Assembly (NCBI GenBank): GCA_951406725.2
Contig: OX597833.1
Span: 44,144,001 to 44,208,000 of the forward strand
Length of the DNA stretch: 64,000 nucleotides
Direction: 5' to 3'
Origin: Octopus vulgaris
Taxonomy: Eukaryota
The notes under the pieces are model-generated. The model made no database searches, had not been told where the DNA came from, and saw only the letters and a program-made list of their open reading frames with translations. A program made the position numbers and the translations under genes. This document shows, one piece after another, positions 1 through 13,672 of this stretch; the stretch's first letter is position 1; each line of letters starts with the position of its first letter.

Positions 1-171
1 TATATCTCATCTACAGCAGCACACCTATTTCTGCTCTCATTCTTGGTCTCTCTCTCTCGCTGGGTAGCCATGGAGCTTCTCTATAGCAATACCCTATTTC
101 TACTACTCTATTTCTTTGTAAGACACTAACCTTTCATCATCAGATATCGGGCCACCTCCTCCAATGGTTCC

Positions 172-219
<48 letters not shown>

Positions 220-737
220 CGTTGGCGATTTTTTTTCCTCTATCTTCTCTTCTCTGGATCTTTCCTTCTCCAATGTTTTCGATGAAGAGCTCCGCTCGAA
301 ACTTTAAGCTCTCCTTCTTTCCTTCTTTCCTGAGCGTCCAATAATACTATATTTGTTCCACGTCCTCGCGTTGTTGTGTTTTTTTGTGCTTTCTTGTTTG
401 GATTAACTCTCTCTATATATATATACAAATAAATATATATATATATATATAATTTCAACAATTGAGGGTAAAATTAATTAATTATTAATCAATTTCACCA
501 AGTGTTCAGTATGCAAATGGACCATTTAAGGCGAATTCAAATTATTACATTATATAAAAGGGCTTAGTAAAATAAATTACTTTGCCGCATACTGAACTCA
601 TTAGAAATAGCAGCTAAAAAACTTTTTTAAAACTATTTCTAATACTTAAAGAAAACCTCTCTCATATAGTGCTTGCTCAACTCAACTCACGAAAGTTTGG
701 GGGTAAAGACATCAAAAAATCAAATGCAAAGGTTATT

Positions 738-789
738 TGAGAACGTACGTTTCAAGATTAGTCAACACGACACTTCTATCATCAGCTCA
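738..789 (-). ncRNA. Type I hammerhead ribozyme motif (inverted copy)
   Basis: Exact reverse complement of 1412-1463. Confidence 0.7.
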
Positions 790-1411
790 GAAACTCCTTG
801 GTTTGGATTTGAAAACACTGAAAGTGAGAGCATACCCTTTCGGCTTCTCATCGCTTTCGAAGATCTGCTCGTAACTAACAGTGCCAACAAACTCAAATAT
901 GCAAGCGAAGAATTTCTGTTCTCCCCTTTCCACCAGCGTGGGTTAAAATCAGCAAACACTATGCTTATTTCGGTAAAATCCGAAGCATTAATTAGAGGGA
1001 GATTAATTATAATTTCAACAATTGAGGGTAAAATTAATTAATTATTAATCAATTTCACCAAGTGTTCAGTATGCAAAGGGACCATTTAAGGCGAATTCAA
1101 ATTATTACATTATATAAAAGGGCGTAGTAAAATAAATTACTTTGCCGCATACTGAACTCATTAGAAATAGCAGCTAAAAAACTTTTTTAAAACTATTTCT
1201 AATACTTAAATTAATGCTTCGGATTTTACCGAAATAAGCATAGTGTTTGCTGATTTTAACCCACGCTGGTGGAAAGGGAGAACAGAAATTCTTCGCTTGC
1301 ATATTTGAGTTTGTTGGCACTGTTAGTTACGAGCAGATCTTCGAAAGAGATGAGAAGCCGAAAGGGTATGCTCTCACTTTCAGTGTTTTCAAATCCAAAC
1401 CAAGGAGTTTC

Positions 1412-1463
1412 TGAGCTGATGATAGAAGTGTCGTGTTGACTAATCTTGAAACGTACGTTCTCA
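1412..1463 (+). ncRNA. Type I hammerhead ribozyme motif
   Basis: tgag-CTGATGA-[stem II]-GAAAC-gtac-GTT-ctca. Stem I tgag/ctca, palindromic stem III. Confidence 0.7.
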
Positions 1464-1658
1464 AATAACCTTTGCATTTGATTTTTTGATGTCTTTACCC
1501 CCAAACTTTCGTGAGTTGAGTTGAGCAAGCACTATATGAGAGAGGTTTTCTTTAAGTATTAGAAATAGTTTTAAAAAAGTTTTTTAGCTGCTATTTCTAA
1601 TGAGTTCAGTATGCGGCAAAGTAATTTATTTTACTAAGCCCTTTTATATAATGTAATA

Positions 1659-1700
<42 letters not shown>

Positions 1701-1989
1701 AAATAGAGGAATTTATCTCTTAATGTTTACATATGCGAATTATTCTGTAGCCATGATAAAACTCCGAGAAAAAAAACAGGGTTCAGAGTAACAATACAGA
1801 GAAAAGGCATATGGGAGTATACAAAGAGTAAACCACGTCTATATACGCACATACAATTATGCACGCGCACACACACGCCTATATGCGACATACCCATACA
1901 CGTCTATACACTCACACACACCATTAAGGAAACTATACTCTATGAAACATTTAGAGAAAATTAGAGACCTGATTATGCGCATAAGATGG

Positions 1990-2059
1990 AAGGTATTATC
2001 CATATAAATCAAATGGGGTGATTATAATCGCCCCATTTGATTTATATGGATAATACCTT
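1990..2059. repeat. 70-bp near-perfect palindrome
   Basis: aaggtattatccatataaatcaaatggggtgatta|taatcgccccatttgatttatatggataatacctt, one mismatch. Confidence 0.9.
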
Positions 2060-2074
2060 ACTAAATTCTGGTAC

Positions 2075-2142
<68 letters not shown>

Positions 2143-2227
2143 GATAAAATTAGGGAGTATGGCTCCAAACTTACAGGGAAAAATTAGATTTAGGATTAAA
2201 TCAAATTTCACAGTATAAATATATAAA

Positions 2228-2308
2228 ATATGAATTAGAGATAAAACCACTATTAGGCAACTCAAACAGTTTGAGTTGCCTAATAGTGGTTTTATCTCTA
2301 ATTCATAT
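2228..2308. repeat. Perfect palindrome with 40-bp arms and a 1-nt spacer
   Basis: atatgaattagagataaaaccactattaggcaactcaaac-a-gtttgagttgcctaatagtggttttatctctaattcatat. Confidence 0.9.
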
Positions 2309-2867
2309 GATATATATATATATATATGTAAATGTAAAAAAATACAAACTGGGACAAGAACGTGAAACATTTAGAAGTCGATTATGATAACGATAGTCAC
2401 TGTGGTTTGAACAATTAGCTTAACGTCCACTCCACTTCAATAGCGAAATTCTTTCCCAAGCCTTCGAACATTCTTTCAATCAACGTACCCTTCCCACTCC
2501 ACTTGTTCCCTACCTACTATTCCTTTAACCCTTCTCTTCCTACTATCTATCTTTGACGTCAATTCTTCTAACGATTTTTTAAAAATCACTCATTATCGTT
2601 TTGTTTACCATGTAGGCAGTCATTTGGAATGAAACCATGTTGTCTTCGAAACATATGTCGAGAGTAAAGGAATTTTGCTAACATCTTCGTTCGACTCCAT
2701 TCTTTCATTTATTCATATACAACACACAAATTTCTGCACATGAACCCGGAGTTTCTACCGTTGAACAGGTCGCTTCAACCGTGTTTCTGACGTGAATTTG
2801 CTACCCTGGTTTCGGTTCAACGAATTTTCCATGCTTACGATAAACATAGATAATTCATTCACCTATT

Positions 2868-2925
<58 letters not shown>

Positions 2926-3356
2926 TATATAAATTGTAGCCAACCTGCCGACTACTTTAATATGCTTGTATATCCAACCAAATACAGTGTTGATCAGCAG
3001 GTAAATGACCTCTACGAAGCAACAAGGGTGAGTGGCAGAAATTTCAAAATTATGTTTGCAGGACCGAACGGTCAGTGGGTAAGGTGATGATGGTTGACGG
3101 CTCAGGCTGGAGATAACTCTCGTTGTTGGCAAAGCAGTTGCCAGATTCAGCATCATTGACGTATGTAACAATAATTCCTACAGATAAACCTGCTCGCTTA
3201 CCGAATATATTTATGGTAGGAGGAATTGAGAACTTTCAAAGGATCCAGTGGAGGGGCACGCCAATCAGCTAAGCAGAGTTATGAGATATTCTGTTGAAGA
3301 AACAGTGAGCTTGTTGCTAAGCACAACGTCAGAATTCGAAGAGATGAACGTACCGT

Positions 3357-3752
3357 GGATCTTTGCGGTTCGAACGGCAGTTTTTTCTTGCGGTGTCATA
3401 TGAAATTGTCACCCATAATTATGTCCCTGGTATCGATCTGTTTTAGGTTTAGGGTTAGTTAGGTTAGGGTTTGGAGTGGGGGGAAGGGTAAATAAACCCA
3501 ATCTGTTTCTTAAACGAGGGACATATTCATACGGCACATAATGTTTTTACCTCAATAGATGTCATTGATTGGTTGAAATTGCAGAAATTGAAGAAGAAAA
3601 AACAACAAATAACCTACAAACTATAGAATTGTCTCAATAAAGCCAAGAGAAAAAGATGTTTTATAAACACATTCTACCAGTATACGAAGTTTAAATGTGT
3701 TTTGTTGCGTGGAAATTATTTTAAAAAACTGCCGTTCAAACCGAAAAGATCC
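3357..3752. mobile_element. MITE with ~30-bp TIRs, GG..CC ends and 8-bp TSD (Merlin-like); copy B 45337-45753
   Basis: ggatctttgcggttcgaacggcagtttttt ... aaaaaactgccgttcaaaccgaaaagatcc, flanked by CGTACCGT on both sides. Confidence 0.8.
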
Positions 3753-4623
3753 CGTACCGTTTCATTTTCAATCCCTTCTGCTTCACCAGTAAGTTACCTT
3801 GTGGTATGTGTAGCAGCAATCCAGACTGCTCGGGGAGTGGAGTAAATCCTTTTTTCTCAACTGCCTGGATGACCTTACAATAAAGAAGGAGCTTCGATAA
3901 GGTAGAAATCCTGGTAAGCCTACCACTCCCGACGAATCCCTTTGGCCTGAATCAACCGAGTCGGAAGAATGCTTAGGAAGCTGTTCAAGCAGCTAGGTCA
4001 GCAAGGTCAGCTAGGTCATCCAGTGTCCAGTGTAGCGCCATATTGAAAAATCAATTAGAAAAATACCAAACAAATGAAGTAAGAAAAAGAAAATGTCTTG
4101 ACTGCTCTTCTCTTTTTTTTCTCTCTCTCTCTCTTTCTCTCCTCCTACGTTCTTTCTCTATATCTTTGTCCCTTTCACTCCCTCCCTCTCACTTTTCCAT
4201 GACGTTCTTCTTAATCTTTGACTGTAACTCCTTCTTGCCAATCTTCCTTCTTTTCTCCCTTTCTTACTTTCATATCCTTATAACTTTCCCTCACTTTCCT
4301 CTCCCGCGTCCTAAGTCGGCGTCTTTTTCTTAATCACAATACTTCTTTCACCCAATCTCTCAATACTTCGAAATTCTCTATCTTTCTTTCCATCTTTGTA
4401 TGTGTATATGTGTGAGTGTGTGTTTTTGCGTGCGCATGTGCATGCGTGCTTGTGTACGTGTGTGTGTACTTAAGTTTCCGTTTTTAAGAATATTTACTTC
4501 CGGTTTTCTAGCGTTAGTGACATTTATATCTCTATCTATATCTCTTTATCCATCTCTCTCTATTTATCTCAATCTCTCTATATATTTCTCTATCTATATC
4601 TCACTATCTATCTGTCTATATTT

Positions 4624-4895
<272 letters not shown>

Positions 4896-5154
4896 GTTTT
4901 ACCTGCCTTCTCCTACTTGAAGAAGAAAAGAGATAGAAAGAGAAACAGACAGACAGAGAGAGGGAGAAAGAGAAAGATAGAGAGAGAAAAAGAAAGAAAC
5001 AGAAAGTTGGACTTGCGTTTTTCTCTCTAATTCTGTTATGTTTGGCCATTTCGACTACGCTATTTGTAAGAGATATCTTTTCGTAAAATTTCTGCTTTCT
5101 GGAAGCCGACAATCATTTCTCCTCCTGCCTTATACCTGTCGCACAAGATCAATA

Positions 5155-5200
5155 ATGTTGTTAGTTATGATGTTACTGATGACTTCTTACACCTCGGCTT
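5155..5200 (+). CDS. Two-Ig-domain surface protein, copy A, exon 1 (signal peptide MLLVMMLLMTSYTSA)
   Basis: ATG, hydrophobic 15-aa leader ending T-S-A, then GTAAGT donor in phase 1, which matches the phase-1 acceptor of exon 2. The upstream in-frame ATG (5038) is stopped by TAA in copy B, so 5155 is the likely start. Confidence 0.75.
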
Positions 5201-5300
5201 GTAAGTTAATATTAAGAAACATAATATTTTTTTCGGTTACAACACTGAATCTTCTTCTCTTAGATAACCTGCTTTCATCTTCGAACGACACAGTATACAC

Positions 5301-5376
<76 letters not shown>

Positions 5377-5407
5377 TATCAACACACCGGCATACACTTT
5401 TCAACAC

Positions 5408-5643
5408 AAATACCTATTTCTTTACTGTCCACAAGGGGCTACACACAGAGAGGGGACAAACAAGGACAGACATAGGTATTAAGTCGATTACATCGAGCCC
5501 AGTGCGAAATTGGTTCTTAATTTATCGACCCCGAAAGATGATAGGCAAAGTCGACCGCGGCGGAATTTGAACTCAGACCTTAACGCAGACGAAATACGGC
5601 TAAGCATTTCACCCGTCGTTTTAACGTTTCTGCCAGCTCGCCA
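5408..5643 (-). mobile_element. tRNA-derived SINE (related copies 22250-22486, 33211-33448, 47354-47590)
   Basis: Minus strand ggcgagctggcagaaacgtta...gagttcaaattccgcc with A/B-box-like pol III promoter. Dispersed copies. Confidence 0.75.
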
Positions 5644-6265
5644 CGAATACCATAATACGAACAACACAACACACTGTTTAATTCAGTACACACACCACAC
5701 ACCATCATGCACACTCTCACACCCACACACACACACATAATATCTGAACACAGAGAATATATAGATACACACGCAACACGCATTGACACGGATAACATTC
5801 GCTCACAAAAATACACTCTAAATGTGCACAATATTTGATTACAGATAAACACACACACACACACACATACACACGTGCACACACCACCTGAATAAGCTCA
5901 CATAAACGGCTACACGTGCAACACAACAGACACACGCGCACACAGACACGTTAGCTTCACACATATACACACGTCCATATGCACACACACACACAGGGGA
6001 ATACACAAAACGCACATTTCTCCACACAACACATACACTAGGTTAATTTTACACACAAACACACACACACACATACATACGTAGGTACATACATACATAC
6101 ATACATACATACATACATACATACATACATACATACATTCATACATTCATACATACATATCCCGTTCTGTCTGTGTTTGTAAAAGTTTATAAAGACTGTA
6201 TTTTTCAACTGATTTCCTCCAAACTGCGAACGTACATTACTTATGTTCCAGGGATGGCTTTAGAC

Positions 6266-6483
6266 CAGTGGTTTTCAACCAGGGTTCCGCGGAACCTTAG
6301 GGTTCTACCAGCACAGTCTAGGGGTTCCGCAAGAAGTTAAAAAACTGCTAAAATCGGCAGTAATTTTTATTCTCCTGTGCAGATATGTGTGCATAAGACT
6401 ATTAAATTATGGCACAGGGGTTCCTCGAGCCAGTGGAATGTTTCCTTGGGGTTCCACTCCAGCAAAAAGTTTGAAAAGCACTG
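6266..6483. mobile_element. hAT (Charlie-like) MITE; copy B 48154-48450
   Basis: cagtggttttcaa ... ttgaaaagcactg TIRs, 8-bp TSD CTTTAGAC. Confidence 0.85.
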
Positions 6484-6993
6484 CTTTAGACTCTTAAAAT
6501 TTCTCACATAATCAGTAACGTGCCCCTTGGGAGCAGAAAAATACATACATCCGTACGCACACACTCACACCAACCAGTACATGGAATGCATGTCACTTCA
6601 CATAATGTACACACTGACACACAGAAGTCCACATAATTTTCAGCTAACCCACTCACACACTAGCATCCATTCACATAAACACATTCACGGACACCGTCCT
6701 CCCAAACACACATGCGCTTGTGCACCTAAGCTCCTTGGATATTACCGTTATCGTCATGATTATTATCTCACTTTCATTCAACCTCTATTTTCCGGTCATC
6801 TCGCCATGTTGGACAATTTTTCCCTGCACTTCCGTTTCTTTCCCAATTTTCTTTATTCTTTCAGTTTTCATCATTCTCTCTCCGTTTTTTTTCCTCTTAA
6901 TCCTTTCTGTCGAAAAGCATAGGCTCGAGACTTAAAAGACTTTTGCTTTCATCCCGAGCGTTAAAATAATACACCTGCTGTCTTCGTCTTCTG

Positions 6994-7040
<47 letters not shown>

Positions 7041-7347
7041 ATATATATATATGATATATATATATATGATATTAGCCAGTGTTTTTCAAACGATGAGTAG
7101 CTTTGCGTAAACCATGGATCGTTTTGTTCTCTTACTTTGTTATCATCTTATAATCATGTCATAATAATGACTTTTATGACTCGTATTACTACCTCAGTCA
7201 ATCTAAATGTATATATTTGTCGTTACCTGTCATAAATAGCCTTCTTCTATTTGCAATGTGCATTTTCGTAGATTTTTCATATTTTACCTTTACATTTCAA
7301 CGTGTATTTTATCTTTTCTTTTTATAACATATTTCTACTATATATAG

Positions 7348-7442
<95 letters not shown>

Positions 7443-7577
7443 TAAAGTTCAGCAAAATTTAGATCCAGATGAATATGGTACTTAAGTTAAAGGCACCAGA
7501 ATTTGGTATGGTATTATCCATATAAATCAAATGGGGTGATTATAATCAAAATAAGCAACAAGCATATCCAAGGTAGT

Positions 7578-7663
7578 GTAGTACAATCGTTTCATGCTAC
7601 TTCATTTTATTATACACTGTAAGAATTACGTCAGTTGTTAAATGTCGAGCAATCATCAGCCAC
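7578..7663 (-). ncRNA. Type I hammerhead ribozyme motif
   Basis: gtgg-CTGATGA-t-tgct...agca-t-GAAAC-gatt-GTA-ctac on the minus strand. Confidence 0.6.
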
Positions 7664-8283
7664 ATATAGAAGTTTTATTTAAATTAAATGGACAATGTGC
7701 ATATTTATATTTATTTCATTTGCCAACATTACAAAGAGGGTAGATATATAGACAGAGAGGTTAATTTCATCATTAAGAACGTGGTGATAGTTTGTCCTTC
7801 TCCATTGGTAGATTTCTTATCACTGTGTTCACTTTGCTATTTAGATCTATCGGTGGGGAATGGGGTTTCTTATCTTGGTTCAATGGAGACAAACAAGAAT
7901 ATTCTATTTATAGATAGAGGAAGGGGTAGTACAAATGTCAAAACCATAAATCCATCCTTATTATGAAGAATTTAACTTAAGCATATTTGAATGTATTTTA
8001 GCAAACGTTTGTAGGCTGAAGTGTATGGTTTTGACATTTGTACTACCCTTTCCTCTATCTATAAATGTTAACATTTAACATTATTGATCGAGGTTACCGG
8101 GGTATTTTCCGAAGGCTTTTCCTTCCACGGATAAACCCTATTTACTTCCCCCCTTACACTTTACATCATGACATTACTGTGATACACGATCTTTATTGAT
8201 CGTTATTTTTCTTTCTTTCCCTTTTACGATCTCTTTTGATCGAAAAGCTACCCCCATTTTTTTCTTTTCCCCCCATAAAGAAC

Positions 8284-8981
8284 AGCGAGTAGTTGGAATT
8301 TTGGGAGCAGGCGTTTGGGATGCAGGAGCTTGGCAAGTTGGAGTTAGCGGCACGGAGAGAGATATATACAGAGGAATAGGCGGCTGTTAGAGAGGAACTA
8401 CAATATGGGACACTGGCTATTCAATTAGGAATTAAGGTATTTAATTGTATTGATACGTGCTACGATGTAAAAGAAAAAAAAAGAAAGAAGAGAGAAAAAA
8501 AGGACTCTGATGTAGTCGTTAAAGACATTGAACTGTATATGACTTGTTGATGTGTTTTGAAATAGAACTGTGTTTTCGGACGTATACCTTTGAAATGCTG
8601 ATGTATTGACCTTGTTGTGTCGTTACCGGACGGTTATATTGTTACTTGCATGTTTAAATGCTTTGATCTGTTGTATACCTGTATTGATTTGTTGTTTCCT
8701 TTAAATGCTTTGATCTGTGGTATACCCGTATGATGTATTGAGTTGTCACGTGCATGTCCTCCTTTAAATGTATCTGAAACGTATTTGATGTAACAATTGA
8801 TTGTCATATAAACTAGTTGTTAAATGTAAGCCAGTGGTGCCTTGCCTCTTTGTGTCTCTCTCGGTTGCCTCTGTATCTCTCTGTGCTGCTGCTGCTGTTG
8901 TTGCTGTCTCTCCTCTCTCCTCTTTGTGTTCCGTGGCGAACTTGCCCGTTCGGGCGACCGACGGCGGGTGATTCCGTAACA
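8284..8981 (+). mobile_element. 3' remnant of the same LTR in copy A
   Basis: Matches 51728-52439 and ends ccgtaaca. Confidence 0.8.
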
Positions 8982-9282
8982 ATATATATATATCTTTCAT
9001 GGTTTGTCTTTTACTTACTTCAGTCATTAGACTGCAGTCATGCTGGGGCACCGTCTTGAGATTTTAATCGATTGAATAGACCACATTACTTATAATTTAA
9101 GCCTGGTACCTATTCTATCGGTCTCTTTTGTCAACCCCCTCTAAGTTACGGAGACGTAAACACCAACACCAGTTGTCAAGTGGTGATGGGGAGACAAACA
9201 CAGACATATACACATAGATATATATATATATATACATATATACATAGACATATACATATATATACATATATATGCGACAGGC

Positions 9283-9639
9283 ATATATTTAACAAATATA
9301 ATATTGATGTCACAGTTCTATATTTAAGAGATGAGGAATTATGTACATTATTTACAATATTTACATTTGATGGATATTTGTCCTCATTTTGTTTGTTGTT
9401 AACACAACGTTTCGGCTGATATACCCTCCGGCCTTCATAAGGTTTCAAATTTCCCCAAGACACCTGATGATGGCTGGAGGGTATATCAGCCCGTAGGAGT
9501 TGCTATGTGGTTCCGAACAACATGGTTCCGGGTTCAGTCCCACTGCGTGGCAACTTGGGCAAGTGTCTTCTACTATAACCTCGGGCCGACCAAAGCCTTG
9601 TGAGCGGATTTGGTAGACTGAAACTGAAAGAAGCCCATC

Positions 9640-9680
<41 letters not shown>

Positions 9681-9970
9681 TATGTGTGTGTGTATGTTTG
9701 TGTGTGTGTATGTTTGTGTGTCTGTGTTTGTCCCCAACATCGCTTGACAACCGATGCTGGAGTGTTTACGCCCCCGTAACTTAGCGGTTCGGCAAAAGAA
9801 ACCAATAGAATAAGTACTAGGCTTACAAAGAATAATTCCTGGGGTCGATTTGCTCGACTAAAAGCGGTGCTCCAGCATGGCCACAATCAAATGACTGAAA
9901 GAAGTACAAGAGTAACAAACAAGATGAGGACAAATATCCGTCAAATGTAAAGAATGTAAATAATGTACAT
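9283..9970. mobile_element. Foldback hammerhead-bearing element interrupted by a SINE
   Basis: 9401-9445 (minus: cttatga-a-ggccg..cagcc-GAAACGTT-gtgt) faces 9460-9491 (acac-CTGATGA-t-ggctg..cagcc). The arm 9341-9396 is inverted at ~9914-9970, after the SINE. Confidence 0.6.
9492..9913 (+). mobile_element. Composite SINE, + strand copy
   Basis: ggttccgggttcagtcccactgcgtggca ... caaatgactgaaa. Reverse complement of the 14720-15155 family. Confidence 0.75.
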
Positions 9971-10217
9971 ATTGTTGTGTTTGCGAACCGCTTCCACACA
10001 ATCTCAGTCTACCAAATTCCCTCACACGGCGATAAAAGGAGACAATTGCTGAAGATGTCGCGCAGTGGGACTGAACTCACAAAGGTATGGTTGCAAAGGT
10101 TAACCACGCAGCTATGTTTGCGCGTACGTTAGACAATTATTGTTTTTCTTCTCCATACAACCTGATACAAAAAAAAAATTCTCCAAAACTATGTACCTAA
10201 GCACCCTCACACACACA

Positions 10218-10249
<32 letters not shown>

Positions 10250-10424
10250 GACACACAAATGCAAACACACACACAGACACACACACACACATACAAATAC
10301 AAACACACACACAGACACAGACACACAAACACACACACACACACACAAACACACACGTGCAATGTCGAAGGTCAAATCATGTATGTGTTTGTATGTGTTT
10401 GTATGTGTGAGTGTGTGTGTTTGT

Positions 10425-10460
<36 letters not shown>

Positions 10461-10991
10461 AGAAGGAAGAGAGAAAGGGACAAAGAAGAGAGAGAGAGAT
10501 ATAGACAGACAGACAGACAGACAGACAGAAATTGTAGAGACAGAGAGGTACAAGGAGGTATATTTTAAAGCCATTTACTGACTTTCTACTTTTCCATTCT
10601 AATATTTCCAGGAAGAATCCTTGAGTCTTTTTAGGAAAGTTATCTGTGAATATCTCTGAGAGTTTTTTTGTTTTTTTTCTGTTTTTTTTAACTTCATCTA
10701 TTTTATCTGCTAACTTTATCTTCCTACACTAACAACAGATTCCACTATTGCACTCCAAATCAATATTTTATATCTTACTTTTTGCTCTCTTTTTATTATT
10801 TCTCACCAGCCCTCTTTCTCTTCGTCTCTCATCACTCCCCCTCTCGTTCTCCCTCGGTGCCTCTCACTCACACTACCACTCACTTTTTCTCTTACGCTTA
10901 TAGCCACTTCCTTATTCTTTTCAACCTGTTCGTATCAATCAGTTTTGTTTTCTTTTGTTTTTGTTTTTGTTTTATTTATACCATTCAAAAC

Positions 10992-11880
10992 TTCATTTCT
11001 TCCACCTCTCTTGACAATATTCCATAAATCGTCTTCAAAGGCCTCCAAATTGCAGTTTGGTGGGGGAAATTTCTTCGTCTGAAAGTTCTTTTAAAAACTT
11101 CAGTATCTTTTTTATGTGGGTTATTTTCTTTTATAAAATCCTTTTCATGGTAAAAAGCCACCCAATGGATTCTATGAATGAATTCAAAAGTCTTATTAAT
11201 CAGATCCTTCATGAAATCCTTTCTAGGTGGAATAGGAAAGTCTTTTAAAGATAAGTGAATCGGTAATTTCTCCATTGAGACCAGCGAAAATATGTATTAA
11301 TATTACTTAAATAATATACAAATATATTATTATAAATCAAACTAAGAAAAAGAACCATTTCAATCAATATATAATAAACATTGATTTATGATGCTATTCT
11401 CCTCTGATAAACCAAGTAAATTTGTGTTACTTTCTTATTTACTAAGACTAAAGTTTATATTAATACGAATAAATAAATTAGAACAATTATTATATATAAT
11501 TATATAAAATTTTGAACAATTTTGCATATATGAATGTTTCTTGTAGACCCTATAAAATTTAGCATATATCATCATATGTTCTTTCGAACTTGTATATACA
11601 CATAAAAACTTATGTGTACACTACGGTAGTAGTTGAATAATATTCTTAACGTAGCTTTTTGTTGCAGTTGGCGTCTTCCAAGTAGTCTCACTAATTCACT
11701 TTTAATCCAAATCAAATTTAGTTTTTAAAATTATGTTTGACTAGTGATAAGCTACATTTAGACATAAAATACTTAAAATCTGGTGCAGTAGAACAAAAGA
11801 GAAAAAGTGTATAGACGAAACTGGTTGATTGACGGGTAATAAAGCCCGACATCGGCATTTTGAATCCACACCATTCTTTT
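10992..11880 (-). mobile_element. Penelope-like element, ORF N-terminal fragment plus upstream terminal repeat region
   Basis: LSLKDFPIPPRKDFMKDLINKTFEFIHRI.W.AF resembles the YSLKNIPIP...FI.RMRW.A N-terminus of PLE ORFs (from memory). Boundaries approximate. Confidence 0.6.
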
Positions 11881-12405
11881 AATTTTGAACAAGAATTATT
11901 ATATTGATATTAATATGAAAGGAATTGTTAAAGGAATATATTGGTAAAGGTTTCGTAAAATGTTATCCATTAGAAAAAGGTTATTAATTTTAATTCAGAA
12001 ATTTGTATCAATTTTTGCGCGATATTAAAGGGACTAGACATGTATGAACTAAACTATTTCTTAGTTGCACACACAACAAAAGATAAACGACAACACAAAT
12101 CAATACAAAATGTTCTATTTATTTTCTTTAGTATAAATTACTTTTTATAAATAAATGAATTTTTTGCTTAACTTTTTGTAGTGTGGCTTTTTAAAGTCCA
12201 TTTTTGAATAATTTATTTTAACAACAAGATTATTTGATAAAAATATTCAAATATTTTTTATATTTTGTCTCTATGAGCAGTATTCTATCATGTTGTAGGG
12301 ATGTTCAGAAAAGGCAAATGACAAAAATTCTAATATTTTAAGACACTTGCTTCCCAGCTGTATGGCTGGGAAGCAAGCGTCTTACAGTGACTCCTAGAGA
12401 GAGAG

Positions 12406-12457
<52 letters not shown>

Positions 12458-12674
12458 AAGAGAGTGAGTGAGGCAGAAATATTTCGATAAATAAATGCAT
12501 AGATATGCATGCATATATACTAATGTATAGATGTATCAACCAATATATCTATATATATAAATTTGTCTCTCTCTTTCTATATATGATATACATGTATGTA
12601 TGTATGAATGTATGCATATATAAATATTTACGGGGACACACACGGACTTACACATACACACACACACACATAAA

Positions 12675-12723
<49 letters not shown>

Positions 12724-13076
12724 TTTATATATATATGTGTGTGTGTGTGTATTGTACCACACACACACATATATACATATAAATATATGTATATATATAT
12801 ATATATATATAATACATATATATACATATATATATATATATACATATATATACATATATTTATATGTATATATATGTGTGTGTGTGTGTATGTGTAAGTC
12901 CGTGTGTGTGTCCGTAAATACATACTTATGTATCAAGATATTTTCAACTGAGACGTTAGAACCGTATTTAATAATAAATATCAAAAACTAACTGCAAAGT
13001 TTTATTTGTGGATAGATGTAATCCGTATTCAAAACAACCGTTATTTTTATTGGTTCTCTTTTTCCTACTTCTGTCA

Positions 13077-13277
13077 TTCTTCTTCTTCTTCTTCTTCTTC
13101 TTCTTCTTCTTCTTCTTCTTCTTCTTCTTCTTCTTCTTCTTCTTCTTCTTCTTCTTCTTCTTCTTCTTTTTCTTCTGCTTCTTCTTCTTCTTCTTCTTCT
13201 CCTTTTTTTCTTCTTCTTCTTCTTCTTCTTCTTCTTCTTCTTCTTCTTCTTCTTCTTCTTCTTCTTCTTCTTCTTCT
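13077..13277. repeat. (TTC)n microsatellite just upstream of exon 2 (copy B 55327-55461)
   Basis: Visible tandem array. Confidence 0.95.
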
Positions 13278-13339
13278 ATAGTTACATTTATATATTTTTT
13301 ATAACATCTATATCTGATCTATGATTTTTTTCTATGCAG

Positions 13340-13672
13340 TTATTGAGATTGCAGATGTGTTACCTTCAAGCAATATTGATTTTGAAAACAGAACATTCTT
13401 AACTATAAAATGTCGGTATGCTATAGAAAATCTCATTCAGTTTTTTCTCGTGCGAAATCACAGTGAAGTTATTGTTCAAATCTATTATCAAAAAAAGACA
13501 CGAAGTTTTGCGGTAGTAAGCAGGAGAAAGGGTTTTGACTGTACTGTACCTAAAGTACCTGGAGATAAGAAAGGTGTGATTACCTGCTCGAAACATTATC
13601 CCTCTTGTGAGGATGCGACATACTACAAATGTTCAACATATAAAGAATCTTCAAAATCTAGACTTGTAAGAG
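13340..13672 (+). CDS. Copy A exon 2: Ig-like domain 1 (V/I-type)
   Basis: Acceptor ttttttctatgcag, donor AG|GTCAGT, 333 nt, phase 1-1. Encodes LTIKCRY ... ITCSKHYPSCEDATYYKCS (B-strand Cys and D-x-x-x-Y-x-C F-strand motif). Open in both copies. Confidence 0.85.

Larger units (their letters stand above)
451..1661. mobile_element. Penelope-like terminal-repeat complex with direct and inverted repeats
   Basis: 451-650 is repeated directly at 1011-1210. ~540-990 is inverted at 1211-1661. Hammerhead motif in both arms. Flanked by (TA)n. Confidence 0.7.

Noticed and set aside
673-1528. Duplicated 122/90-aa ORFs on opposite strands
   Set aside because: By-product of the inverted repeat. Non-ATG start and no recognisable domain.
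5038-5154. Upstream in-frame ATG extending exon 1
   Set aside because: Copy B has an in-frame TAA at the matching position (~46984), and the extension would bury the signal peptide.
5570-5643. tRNA gene
   Set aside because: The tRNA-like head is fused to a SINE body and repeated at several sites. No intact cloverleaf is evident.
13008-13304. ORF MDRCNPYSKQPLFLLVLFFLLLS as the signal peptide for exon 2
   Set aside because: Starts at GTG, runs into (TTC)n and has no donor site. Exon 5155-5200 fits much better.
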